From: Fidelibacterota bacterium
GTDB lineage: Bacteria; Fidelibacterota; Fidelibacteria; Fidelibacterales; DSDE01
Reading direction: 5' to 3'
Assembly (NCBI GenBank): GCA_046735395.1
Contig: JBJKQR010000084.1
Location: 10,188 to 74,187, forward strand
Length of the DNA: 64,000 bases
A program made the translations under genes and the position numbers. A model generated the notes under the pieces. It was not told the origin of the DNA. It did not search any database and was given only the letters and a program-made list of their open reading frames with translations. Shown here one piece after another: positions 50,730-60,142 of this stretch. Position 1 is the first letter of the stretch. The number at the start of each line of letters is the position of its first letter.

Positions 50730-51559
50730 TGGGCAGCCTCCACCAGATCCCGCATAACGTCGCGAACCAGATCCTTGATTTCCCCGGCCGTGTTCTGATA
50801 CATTTTCAGATCGCGCCCCTTCAGAGTTATACTTTTCACTTTATGCACCTTGGTCGGCGATCCCTTCAGGCCGCAGCGCGATTCATCGAGCTGCAGGTCG
50901 TCCAGATTCAGAATCTGGAAGGCGTCATCATTTGATTTCCCTTCCGGCATATCCACCTTGAAATTCTTCAGCATGAGCTGAGCATTGGGAAAGCGTGGCG
51001 TATTGGCAGCTGATGTCACGGTGAGCAGAACCGGATAACCGCTGCGAATCACTTCCGTCTGCATTTCTCCATCCCGTTCGACCGTAATATTTTCGTTCGT
51101 CACGTCCCGGAGACTGGAGACATAGGTAATCTGATTGAAGCCAATTTTGTCCGCTGTCTGGGGCCCGACCTGAGCCGTGTCCCCGTCAATGGCCTGACGG
51201 CCGGCAATCACCAGATCCACATCCCCGATCTGACGTATCGCCTCGGACAGCACATAGGAAGTAGCCAGCGTATCCGCCGCGGCAAAACGTCGGTCGGTAA
51301 TGAGCTGGACTTTATCGGCGCCCATATACAGCGCCTGTTTCAAAATTTCGAGGGCTTTGGGCGGCCCCATGGTAACAACAGTAATTTCTGCGCCAAGACG
51401 GTCCTTGATCTGCAGAGCCAGTTCAAGAGCGTTCAGATCTTCCGGATTGTAAATAGCGGGTAGGGCAGCCCGATTCACTGTTCCATCCGGCCGCATAGCT
51501 TCCCCGGTCACATTCGCCGTATCGGGAACCTGTTTGGCGAGGACGACAATTTTTTTCAT
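50726..51559 (-). CDS. etfB: Electron transfer flavoprotein beta subunit
   Basis: KQVPDT, NPEDLNALE, MGPP, ADTLATS, AIDGDTAQVGPQ, GSPTKV. Start MKKIVV follows GGAGGG. Confidence 0.95.
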   Translation of the reverse strand: MKKIVVLAKQVPDTANVTGEAMRPDGTVNRAALPAIYNPEDLNALELALQIKDRLGAEITVVTMGPPKALEILKQALYMGADKVQLITDRRFAAADTLATSYVLSEAIRQIGDVDLVIAGRQAIDGDTAQVGPQTADKIGFNQITYVSSLRDVTNENITVERDGEMQTEVIRSGYPVLLTVTSAANTPRFPNAQLMLKNFKVDMPEGKSNDDAFQILNLDDLQLDESRCGLKGSPTKVHKVKSITLKGRDLKMYQNTAGEIKDLVRDVMRDLVEAAQ

Positions 51560-51717
51560 TTTCCCTCCTGTAATCAATTTCAAAAAGCTGAGTATCTGAT
51601 CTTTATACTCTGAGCATTTTCGCGGCGAAATTACAAATTTATATTCTGGATCGGAAAAGGTTTTTTTCCCGGGAACACCGTCTGTGAGTCTTTTCACTCA
51701 CAGAAACTGCTTCCTTC

Positions 51718-52854
51718 TCACGAAAGATCTTCCCCGTGAGCAGGCAGCTGCGCCTTCCCGTAAATGACTGAAGCCCGGGCACCTGTCACCGTGGAAAGAT
51801 CAACAGCTATCTTCAGTATATGGGCGGCTCCGTAAACGGCCATACCGAAGGCTTCCTTCATATCCGGATGCAGGGGTTCATCCGGAAGCGGAGCCACTGT
51901 AAACCGGGGCAGGCGGTCGGATAATTCCTTCATCAGTCGCCCATGTCGCGCGCCGCCGCCGCTCACATGAAGCGGAAGGGGATCTGCAGTGCCGGTGAAG
52001 CCTTTCAATGCATCCGCCACCGATGCGGCTGTCAGGGCAGCCAGCGTCGCGAGCGCGTCCTCAAATTTCAGATTTACCAGATCCGATTCATGCTCCGCGA
52101 TCCAATCCGGCCCGAATACGTCCCTGCCTGTGGATTTGGGCGCCGCTTCGGAGAAAAAGGGATGCATCATCCATTGCCCCAGTCGCCTCTCATCCACCTG
52201 TCCCCGGGCGGCAGTGTCGCCATCCCGGTCGAACTGATCCGGCCGATGTTTCCGGTAATATTCATCCAGCAGAGCCATTCCGGGGCCCGTATCGAATCCC
52301 AGCAGGGCCGCATCTGAATTCCTCCCGGGAACCCGGGTTACATTGGCCACACCTCCCACATTCAGCAGGAAGGTATCACCGGGCCGGTTTCCGAAGAGCA
52401 GCCCGTCCACCCAGGGCATAAGCGGCGCACCGCTGCCTCCGGCGGCAATATCCGCAGCCCGGAAATCCGAAATTACCGGAACACCCAGATCCCGGGCAAG
52501 AAAGGCTGTCTCACCGATCTGCAGTGTCGCCTTGCCCGGAATGTGGTACAGTGTCTGCCCATGGGAAGCAACCAGATCCAGATTCCGAATTCCTGTAGCA
52601 TGGCAGCTTTCCTTCACCACCGAAGCCACCCAGCGGCCCCAGTCATAATTCACCTCACAGATGAGGGCGGTTGAACCATCGAGAGCCTGATGTATTTTTC
52701 CGCGTAATTCGTCAGGATAGGGATGGAATTCCTGAAGCAGCATTGTAAAATCGAGGTGCGGCGGATCCAGATGAATATCCGCGATGACAAGATCCAGGCC
52801 ATCCATGGACGTCCCGGTCATCAGCCCGGCGCAACGGAGAAATGGGGTATTCAT
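51718..52854 (-). CDS. anmK: Anhydro-N-acetylmuramic acid kinase
   Basis: GLMTGTSMDGLD, SHGQT, DFR.AD.AAGG.GAPL, NVGGVAN, FDTGPG, PKSTGR, KEA. Confidence 0.93.
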   Translation of the reverse strand: MNTPFLRCAGLMTGTSMDGLDLVIADIHLDPPHLDFTMLLQEFHPYPDELRGKIHQALDGSTALICEVNYDWGRWVASVVKESCHATGIRNLDLVASHGQTLYHIPGKATLQIGETAFLARDLGVPVISDFRAADIAAGGSGAPLMPWVDGLLFGNRPGDTFLLNVGGVANVTRVPGRNSDAALLGFDTGPGMALLDEYYRKHRPDQFDRDGDTAARGQVDERRLGQWMMHPFFSEAAPKSTGRDVFGPDWIAEHESDLVNLKFEDALATLAALTAASVADALKGFTGTADPLPLHVSGGGARHGRLMKELSDRLPRFTVAPLPDEPLHPDMKEAFGMAVYGAAHILKIAVDLSTVTGARASVIYGKAQLPAHGEDLS

Positions 52855-53062
52855 TCGAAATGGTTCCTCCTGTATTTCTCATAATCAACGGACAATTTAC
52901 AATAATTGAATCATGAATTGCAGCCGAATATTCCGGCCTGGCCATCTCCGTTTTCCTATTTCTTCAACTCGTTCTTTCCTTATTGAGATAATATTTGTAA
53001 TATTAGTGAAGAACTGACAGCGATGAGGCTGTCTTTCACAGAAAAGGTAAAGAAGGATCACT

Positions 53063-53314
53063 ATGAATTCTGAAACGATACATGGCCACGAAGTACTGAA
53101 ACTGATGGTAAAAGCCGGCGGGGCCTGGTCACGGGAAAAGCTGCTCCGCGATATCCGCAGCACATTCGGAACGGATGCCCGCTTCCATACCTGCACGGAA
53201 CAGAGCCTGAATGCCGAGGAACTTCTGGATTTCCTCCAGTCTCGGGGAAAAATCGAGAACAGCAGCAGTGGCTACCGGGCTGACGAACAGAAAATCTGCA
53301 GCAACGCGGGATAA
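53063..53314 (+). CDS. yecH: YecH family putative metal-binding protein (DUF2492)
   Basis: IHGHEVL..M, FG.DARFHTC, L..EEL.DFL..RGK, terminal IC. Confidence 0.85.
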   Translation: MNSETIHGHEVLKLMVKAGGAWSREKLLRDIRSTFGTDARFHTCTEQSLNAEELLDFLQSRGKIENSSSGYRADEQKICSNAG

Positions 53315-53391
53315 ATTTTCAGCCTTCCTGCTGCAGGCTGTTTCCTATTCCCGATTAATTCGAATTATTATTTCAATATTTGAATATTATA

Positions 53392-54678
53392 TCATTCATC
53401 TAAGCTGTCAAGAGCAGCCCGTGGCAGGGACTTTCCGGTCTGGGCCCCCAGTTTTTTTATCTGTTCTATGCGCCCGATAATAGTCGTCCCCTTCTGAGGC
53501 GAGTCAAACAGTTTATTTCGGGCAGCCTGATAATCCTTGTCAAGCGCGGAAATTTTGCTGCCGATATTCTCCAGATCTTCGAAAAAACCCACGAACTTGT
53601 CATACAGCGCGCCGCTCTGCCGGGCGATTTCAGCCACGTTCCGCCGCTGATTTTCCTGTTTCCAGACAAAGGATATCACCCTGAGTGTTGCCAGGATGGT
53701 GGATGCGGAAGCGAGAACGATGTTTCGCGTCAGCGCTTTTTCAAAGAGTCCGCCGTCCTGTTTCAGCGCCGCGTAGAGCGCTGGTTCCAGAGGAACGAAC
53801 ATGATGACGTAATCGGGAGAATTGATCCCGTAGATCTGACTGTAATTCTTTGCGCTGAGGGATGAAATGTGATTCTGAATCGCCGTCACATGCTGCTTCA
53901 GATACTGCTCCCTGTCCGAATCATCTTCGGCATGAAAATACTGTTCATAGGCAACCAGAGAGACTTTTGAATCGATGACGATATTCTTTTCTTCGGGAAG
54001 ATTGATCACAAAATCAGGACGGAGCTGGCGCCCGTTTTCATCACTGTAACTTTCCTGGGCCAGGTAATGAACACCCTTTTCCAGGCCGGCATGGATCAGG
54101 ATCTGCTCCAGCTGAAATTCACCCCAGTCGCCCTGCAGTTTCTTGTCACCCTTCAGGGCCTGCGTCAGACGCGTCGCGTCGTCGCTCACCTGCTGATTGA
54201 GCCGGACAATGGATTCGAGTTCCTTTTTCAGAGAGACCCGCTCCTTCATTTCCTCACCATAGGTCTTGTCGACCTTCTCCTCGAAACTTTTTATTTTCTC
54301 CTTCAGCGGATTGAGAATATCGGAGACTTTTTCATGATTCATTTCAACGAATTTGCGGCTTTTTTCCTCGAAAATCCGATTGGACAGATTTTCGAAATCA
54401 GCAGCCATGCGGGCTCTCAGTTCCTCAAATTCGGCCTTACTTTCCTTCAGGCGCGATTCCATATGCTCAGCCTGAGACTGCCAGCGCGCATTTTCGGTGG
54501 TGATTTTAACGAGCTTATCTTCGTTTTCCTTCAGGTCGCCGCGTGCCTGTTCATAAACGGATTTTGGCACATATTTCTGTTCCAGTTCACTGCGTGACGG
54601 ACCGGCGGAGCGTTTCGCAATCAGCCAGCCCAGAGCAATTCCAATGACCAGGCCGGCCAGCAGACTCAGAATATCCAT
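53392..54678 (-). CDS. rmuC: DNA recombination protein RmuC
   Basis: N-terminal TM plus coiled coil; QGDWGE..LE, RPD..INLP, IDSKVSL, YVIMFVPLE, LYDKF. Confidence 0.93.
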   Translation of the reverse strand: MDILSLLAGLVIGIALGWLIAKRSAGPSRSELEQKYVPKSVYEQARGDLKENEDKLVKITTENARWQSQAEHMESRLKESKAEFEELRARMAADFENLSNRIFEEKSRKFVEMNHEKVSDILNPLKEKIKSFEEKVDKTYGEEMKERVSLKKELESIVRLNQQVSDDATRLTQALKGDKKLQGDWGEFQLEQILIHAGLEKGVHYLAQESYSDENGRQLRPDFVINLPEEKNIVIDSKVSLVAYEQYFHAEDDSDREQYLKQHVTAIQNHISSLSAKNYSQIYGINSPDYVIMFVPLEPALYAALKQDGGLFEKALTRNIVLASASTILATLRVISFVWKQENQRRNVAEIARQSGALYDKFVGFFEDLENIGSKISALDKDYQAARNKLFDSPQKGTTIIGRIEQIKKLGAQTGKSLPRAALDSLDE

Positions 54679-54726
54679 AAAATGTCTCCTTTGCTGCAGG
54701 GAATTTACGGAATGGGAAAGAGGAAG

Positions 54727-54789
54727 AGAAGTTAGAAGTTAGAAGTTAGAAGTTAGAAGTTAGAAGCTGGAAGCTGGAAGCTGGAAGTT
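54727..54789. repeat. Heptamer tandem repeat, 9 units of RGAAGYT
   Basis: (AGAAGTT)x5, AGAAGCT, (GGAAGCT)x2, GGAAGTT. Confidence 0.95.
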
Positions 54790-54820
54790 AAAAAAAAGCC
54801 GGAGTACTGGACCCCGGCTG
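54790..54820 (-). terminator. Intrinsic terminator of gdhA
   Basis: Minus strand AGCCGGGGT-CCAGT-ACTCCGGCT followed by a T-run. Confidence 0.8.
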
Positions 54821-54848
54821 AGTAATAAGCTGAATGTGTGTGGAAAAA

Positions 54849-56192
54849 TCAGACGTAGCCCTGATCCATCATGGCCTGGGCGACTTTGAGAAATCCACCG
54901 ATATTGGCTCCCTTCACATAGTCCACATATCCGTCATCATTGGTACCATACTGCATACAGGTCTGATGAATATTGGACATGATGCGGTGAAGCCGATCGT
55001 CCACCTCGTCTGCGGACCATCCGAAACGGAAACTGTTCTGAGACATTTCCAGGCCGGAGACAGCTACGCCACCGGCATTGGAAGCCTTGCCCGGGCTGAA
55101 CAGCACATGATTGGACTGGAAGAGATGAATAGCCTCCGGTGTACAGGGCATATTCGCTCCTTCAGTCACGCACTGAACTTTATTGGCCAGCAGTGCCTTT
55201 GCATCATCTTCATTGAGTTCGTTCTGCGTGGCGCAGGGCAGAGCCACATCCGCCTGTACTTCCCAGGGATGTTTTCCGGCGACAAACTGTACACCAAACT
55301 CGTCAGCGTAAGGTTTGACGATATCCTGGTTGGAGAGCCGGAGTTTGAGCATGTAGTCGATTTTTTCGCCTTTCACGCCGTCGGGATCATAGATATATCC
55401 ATCGGGTCCGGAGAGAGTCACAACCGTGGCGCCCAGCTCGGTCGCCTTGCGGACAGCGCCCCAGGCCACATTTCCGAAACCGGATACGGCAACCCGTTTT
55501 CCCTCAAGTGTCTGGCCTTTGGTCGCCAGCATTTCCTTGGCAAAGTATACAACGCCGAAACCTGTGGCTTCGGGACGAAGAATGGAACCGCCCCATTCCA
55601 GGCCTTTTCCGGTGAGAACACCGGTAAATTCATTCTTCAGGCGTTTGTACTGGCCGAAAAGAAAGCCGATTTCCCGGCCGCCCACGCCGATATCTCCGGC
55701 AGGCACGTCCGTATTGGGGCCGATATGCCGATAGAGTTCAGTCATGAAGCTCTGGCAGAAACGCATGATTTCGTTATCGGATTTACCTTTGGGATCAAAA
55801 TCGGATCCGCCCTTGCCGCCGCCCATGGGCAGGGTGGTCAGGGCATTTTTAAAAATCTGCTCGAAACCGAGGAATTTCAGGATTCCAAGGTTAACGCTGG
55901 GATGGAAACGGAGGCCTCCCTTGTAGGGCCCGATGGCGCTGTTGAACTCAATCCGAAAGCCGCGGTTGACCTGAACCTCCTCGTTGTCATCGATCCAGGG
56001 AACTCTGAACATGATCGTCCGTTCCGGTTCGACGAGGCGTTCGAGAATCTTACTCTGATTAAATTGCGGATTCTGCAGAATAACAGGCCAGATGGATGTC
56101 ACAACCTCTTCCACAGCCTGGATGAATTCCGGTTCGCCCGAATTTTTCATTTTTACCAGCTGCATGAATTCTTCGATGTTCCTAATCATCAT
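54849..56192 (-). CDS. gdhA: NADP-specific glutamate dehydrogenase
   Basis: GPYKGGLRFH, GGGKGG, DVPAGDIGVG, RPEATG, GFGNV, PCATQNE, NAGGVAVS. Confidence 0.95.
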   Translation of the reverse strand: MMIRNIEEFMQLVKMKNSGEPEFIQAVEEVVTSIWPVILQNPQFNQSKILERLVEPERTIMFRVPWIDDNEEVQVNRGFRIEFNSAIGPYKGGLRFHPSVNLGILKFLGFEQIFKNALTTLPMGGGKGGSDFDPKGKSDNEIMRFCQSFMTELYRHIGPNTDVPAGDIGVGGREIGFLFGQYKRLKNEFTGVLTGKGLEWGGSILRPEATGFGVVYFAKEMLATKGQTLEGKRVAVSGFGNVAWGAVRKATELGATVVTLSGPDGYIYDPDGVKGEKIDYMLKLRLSNQDIVKPYADEFGVQFVAGKHPWEVQADVALPCATQNELNEDDAKALLANKVQCVTEGANMPCTPEAIHLFQSNHVLFSPGKASNAGGVAVSGLEMSQNSFRFGWSADEVDDRLHRIMSNIHQTCMQYGTNDDGYVDYVKGANIGGFLKVAQAMMDQGYV

Positions 56193-56443
56193 TTCCTCTT
56201 CATAGTTTGATATTGCTCAGACAATTGAACAAATCAGTTCCTGTAATTTTTTTCACGGTGATCTTAAAAAGAATTCCCATAATAAGCTAATTATTTTTAT
56301 GAATAAATTCCCGGCCCCGGCCCTGTCCGGATATGAGAATTTACCTGATAAAGATGTTTGAAAGATGAAAAAAAATAAATAGTTTATCCTGAGTGGAGTA
56401 TTAGCATTTTGATGAGTTTAAACAGAAAAAAACGGGTGGGAAA

Positions 56444-58330
56444 ATGAGAAGAATCAGTTTGTTGCTATTCATTTTTACTCTTCTGCTCTGGGGACAGACG
56501 GAAACAGGAAATTCAGATGAGACGTCCGAACTACAGCCGATTGATGTGCAGACCATTCCGGACGCTCAGACACAGGGAAAATTCATCAGTCTGGAAAGTC
56601 ATGAAGCGGCGTTGAAAGTTCTGCAGGACAGTCTGGCAGGAAGCATAAAGATTCAGACTGCAGATAAACAGACAATTGCAACACTGACAACTGAAAATAC
56701 AGCGTTAAAGGCATCGCTGACGGCCGGCGCAGGCAGCACAACGGCTGTGTCGCCGGATACCCTCATCATCACCCGTTCGGATACGGTTCGCGTCAGTGAC
56801 ACTCTGAGAGTCGAACACAGCGTGCCGGATACGGCCTGCCTGCGGGAATACAGAAAACTTGAAGGCGATTACAACCTGCTCATCGGCAGCGTAAACAGCC
56901 TGCGGGACAGCCTGGCATCCAGAAAGAAGGTCAGGAGTTTCCAAGAAGTGAAGGATCCGACGAAGGCGGAACACGAAAATCTCTATTATCAGGTCGTGCG
57001 ACTCATGAATCTGAATTACAGCGGCAAACATCATCTGTTTTCCAGTCATAAAAATCTCTTCGATGCTCAGGTAATCCGCAGTGACGAAGAATATCTCGAT
57101 ACATTTTTCCCCGAATTCCATTCGGATACGGTGCTGTATTCCCTGGCCGCCATGTATGGCAAATCAAATCCTGAAATAGCCGGAATGCTGCTGCGCAAGC
57201 ATCTGGTCTTTTTTCCCTCCGTATCCTACCGAAGCAGTGTCGAAGACCTGTATCTCGGAAAATATGCCAAATCAAAGGGGAAGGACAGTCAGGCCGACAG
57301 CCTGCTGGCTCTGTACATGGGAGACGAAAGGCAGGCCACGGATGTGGCCGGAGAATATCGGGACTATCTGCGGATTCTGATGGGAACTCCCATCAAGAAA
57401 GCCGAAGCCTATTTTCTCGATGAATTCCGCCGTTATGAATTTCTGGTTAATCCGGCCGATTATGACGAGGGCCTGTTCTTCCAGTATGATGACTGGCTGA
57501 TCAAGCATAAATATTACAAACTCGCGGCGGTTTCCCATAAGAAATTCGCCCGATATTTTCCGGACAGCCCCCTGCTGATCCTGACGGATTATCAGAATGC
57601 CGTTCTGTTGCGGGACAAGCTGAAGAATTTCGATCAGGCTCTGGCCGCCTTCCAGAAAATCATTGATAATTACAAAGATCCGGGAATGCGCAAGAAGGCC
57701 TTCACAGACCGGGCGCTCATATATCAGAATGAGCTCAAGGATATGGTCGCGGCCGTCAATGAATATGATCATATCGTGGAGGCGTATCCCGGCAGCAGGG
57801 ACGCGCTTGACGCATTGCTGTCCATCGCTGACATTCATAAAACCCATGATAAGAATACGGAGCTGGCCGTACAGCGCTACCGTCAGCTGATCACCATGTT
57901 CCCGGACAGCCTGGACCAGCAGTACCGGGCACGGGTGGCCATCGCCGAACTCTATGAAGCCGACAAGAACTGGGAAAATGCCTTCCAGGCCTATATGGAT
58001 GTGGTCCGGAGTGCGGATGGAGACGACCGGAATGCAGAAAATCTCCTGAAAGCCGGTGGACTCAAGGAAAATCAACTGGGCAATCCCGTGGAAGCCATCG
58101 GAATTTACCAGGAAGTGGCAGATCTGTGGCCCAAGTCAAAGGAAGCATCCAGGGCCATAAAAGCCATTGACGCCATCAACAAGAAACTGAATAAAGGACA
58201 GGAAAATGCGGGACAACCCAGCAGCACCGAACAGAACGGAAACCAAAGCAGCCCGGGAGACAGCAGCGCCGTCCCCGCAGATCAGCCAACTGAACAGACT
58301 CCAGGAGATCAGCCGAACCCTCAGAGATGA
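56444..58330 (+). CDS. Secreted tetratricopeptide-repeat protein
   Basis: Signal peptide and repeated A...Y..I...YP.S helical units in the C-terminal half. Confidence 0.8.
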   Translation: MRRISLLLFIFTLLLWGQTETGNSDETSELQPIDVQTIPDAQTQGKFISLESHEAALKVLQDSLAGSIKIQTADKQTIATLTTENTALKASLTAGAGSTTAVSPDTLIITRSDTVRVSDTLRVEHSVPDTACLREYRKLEGDYNLLIGSVNSLRDSLASRKKVRSFQEVKDPTKAEHENLYYQVVRLMNLNYSGKHHLFSSHKNLFDAQVIRSDEEYLDTFFPEFHSDTVLYSLAAMYGKSNPEIAGMLLRKHLVFFPSVSYRSSVEDLYLGKYAKSKGKDSQADSLLALYMGDERQATDVAGEYRDYLRILMGTPIKKAEAYFLDEFRRYEFLVNPADYDEGLFFQYDDWLIKHKYYKLAAVSHKKFARYFPDSPLLILTDYQNAVLLRDKLKNFDQALAAFQKIIDNYKDPGMRKKAFTDRALIYQNELKDMVAAVNEYDHIVEAYPGSRDALDALLSIADIHKTHDKNTELAVQRYRQLITMFPDSLDQQYRARVAIAELYEADKNWENAFQAYMDVVRSADGDDRNAENLLKAGGLKENQLGNPVEAIGIYQEVADLWPKSKEASRAIKAIDAINKKLNKGQENAGQPSSTEQNGNQSSPGDSSAVPADQPTEQTPGDQPNPQR

Positions 58331-59252
58331 GATTTCCACCCGTATCGTAGGCCAGGAAGCCATCATTGACAAGCTTCTCATCTCTCTGTTTTGCCGCGGC
58401 CACGTTCTGCTCGTCGGCGTTCCCGGCCTGGCAAAGACTCTGCTCATCAAGACCATTGCTCAATCCATGGATATGGATTTCAAACGGATACAATTCACGC
58501 CGGACCTCATGCCGTCGGACATTACCGGTACCGAAGTTATCGAAGAGGACATGGGTTCGGGCAAACGCTCATTCCGCTACATTCCCGGCCCCATTTTCGC
58601 GAATATCATTCTGGCCGACGAGATCAACCGGACACCGCCCAAAACCCAGTCGGCGCTTCTGGAGGCCATGCAGGAATATCATGTCACTTCCGCCGGCAGT
58701 CTTCACGCCCTTCCCCGCCCTTTCTTCGTGCTGGCGACACAGAATCCCATCGAGCAGGAAGGGACCTATCCCCTGCCGGAAGCCCAGCTCGACCGTTTTA
58801 TGTTTGACCTGCGCATCAACTATCCGGAACGGGAGGAGGAGAGACAGATACTGCGTATGAGACCGGCCGGGGAGACCGCATCAAAACCGGTCGTTTCCCT
58901 TGCCGATATCAACGGGATGCAGGATCTGGTTCAAAGCATTCCCATCTCCGACAATGTGGTGAATTTCGCACTGGAACTGGTTCGTCACACCCGCCCGGAA
59001 AACAGCCCGATCGATCCGGTCAGCCGTTATGTGGAATGGGGTGCCGGCCCCCGCGCCGGGCAGTTTCTGCTTCTCGGTGCCTGCGCCAAGGCAGCCATGG
59101 ACGGACGGCCCACGCCCGATATTGACGATGTGAAGTATCTGGCGGAGGATGTGCTCCGACATCGGGTCATTCTGAATTTCAATGCAGAAGCAGATTCGGT
59201 GAATATCCGCAATATTATCGAAGCCATTTATCAGCATATTTCAAAACAATGA
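58206..59252 (+). CDS. MoxR family AAA+ ATPase
   Basis: IVGQ, GVPGLAKT, RIQFTPDLMPSD, DEINR, ATQNPIEQEGTYPLPEAQLDRF, GAGPR, VLRHR. Confidence 0.93.
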   Translation: MRDNPAAPNRTETKAARETAAPSPQISQLNRLQEISRTLRDEISTRIVGQEAIIDKLLISLFCRGHVLLVGVPGLAKTLLIKTIAQSMDMDFKRIQFTPDLMPSDITGTEVIEEDMGSGKRSFRYIPGPIFANIILADEINRTPPKTQSALLEAMQEYHVTSAGSLHALPRPFFVLATQNPIEQEGTYPLPEAQLDRFMFDLRINYPEREEERQILRMRPAGETASKPVVSLADINGMQDLVQSIPISDNVVNFALELVRHTRPENSPIDPVSRYVEWGAGPRAGQFLLLGACAKAAMDGRPTPDIDDVKYLAEDVLRHRVILNFNAEADSVNIRNIIEAIYQHISKQ

Positions 59253-60142
59253 AGGCAGACAGCGCCAACTCCACGCTTAGCGAGAGCGGCCAACTGAAGA
59301 ATCTCTGGCTGCGCAGCAAGGAAATCGCCGAAGGATTTATGCTGGGGCTGCACAAGTCACCCTATCACGGATTTTCTGCAGAATTCAGCCAGCACCGTCC
59401 CTATCAGTTCGGCGATGAAATCCGCCATATCGACTGGACGCTGTACGGCAAGACCGATCGCTATTACATCCGCCAGTTTCAGGAAGAAACCAACCTGAAT
59501 GCCATGATCTGCGTGGACAACAGCGCCTCCATGGCCTACGGCAGCAGCACTCTGCGTAAATTCGATTACGCGGCCCTGCTCTCCGCGTCACTGGCTTTTA
59601 TCCTTCTGCGGCAGAATGATGCCACCGGACTCTGTCTGTTCAACGACCGCATTGAAGAACTGATACGGCCCAAGGCTGTCATGTCCTACCATCGTCACCT
59701 GAGCGAACGTCTGCAGAATGCTGAAGTCCGGAACGGAACCGAAATTTCCCAGGCGCTTCATCACATCGCGGAAAAAATGAAGAAACGGGGTCTGATCATC
59801 CTGATTTCCGATCTGTGGGATGACAGCGACTCCATTATCAAGGGACTCCGGCATCTGAAATTCCGGAAACAGGAACTGATTGTCTTTCATATTCTGGATC
59901 CGGCCGAAGTTGATTTTGATTATCGGCGTAAAATTTCATTCACCGGTATGGAGGAAGACACCCTGCTCAAAATCGACACACGACAGATAGAGCATGATTA
60001 TCGTCAGCTAATGCTGCAGCGAATTCAGAAACTGCGGCACGAACTGGGCATGCTGCATATTGATTATCTCATGCTCAGAAGCGACAGCAACCCCGATGTC
60101 GCCCTGCGTGAATACCTGATCAAACGAAAACATCTGCACTGA
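59249..60142 (+). CDS. DUF58 domain protein
   Basis: G.HKSP.HG.S.EF..HR.Y..GD.IR.IDW, EETN, VD.SASM, ISD; downstream of MoxR. Confidence 0.9.
   Translation: MKADSANSTLSESGQLKNLWLRSKEIAEGFMLGLHKSPYHGFSAEFSQHRPYQFGDEIRHIDWTLYGKTDRYYIRQFQEETNLNAMICVDNSASMAYGSSTLRKFDYAALLSASLAFILLRQNDATGLCLFNDRIEELIRPKAVMSYHRHLSERLQNAEVRNGTEISQALHHIAEKMKKRGLIILISDLWDDSDSIIKGLRHLKFRKQELIVFHILDPAEVDFDYRRKISFTGMEEDTLLKIDTRQIEHDYRQLMLQRIQKLRHELGMLHIDYLMLRSDSNPDVALREYLIKRKHLH

Noticed and set aside
54727..54789. Repeat array as a CRISPR
   Set aside because: The 7-bp units are contiguous with no spacers, and there are no cas genes.
54834..56210. 458-aa ORF antisense to gdhA
   Set aside because: It mirrors gdhA almost exactly and has no recognisable motifs or RBS. 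Long antisense frames are expected from codon bias in conserved genes.
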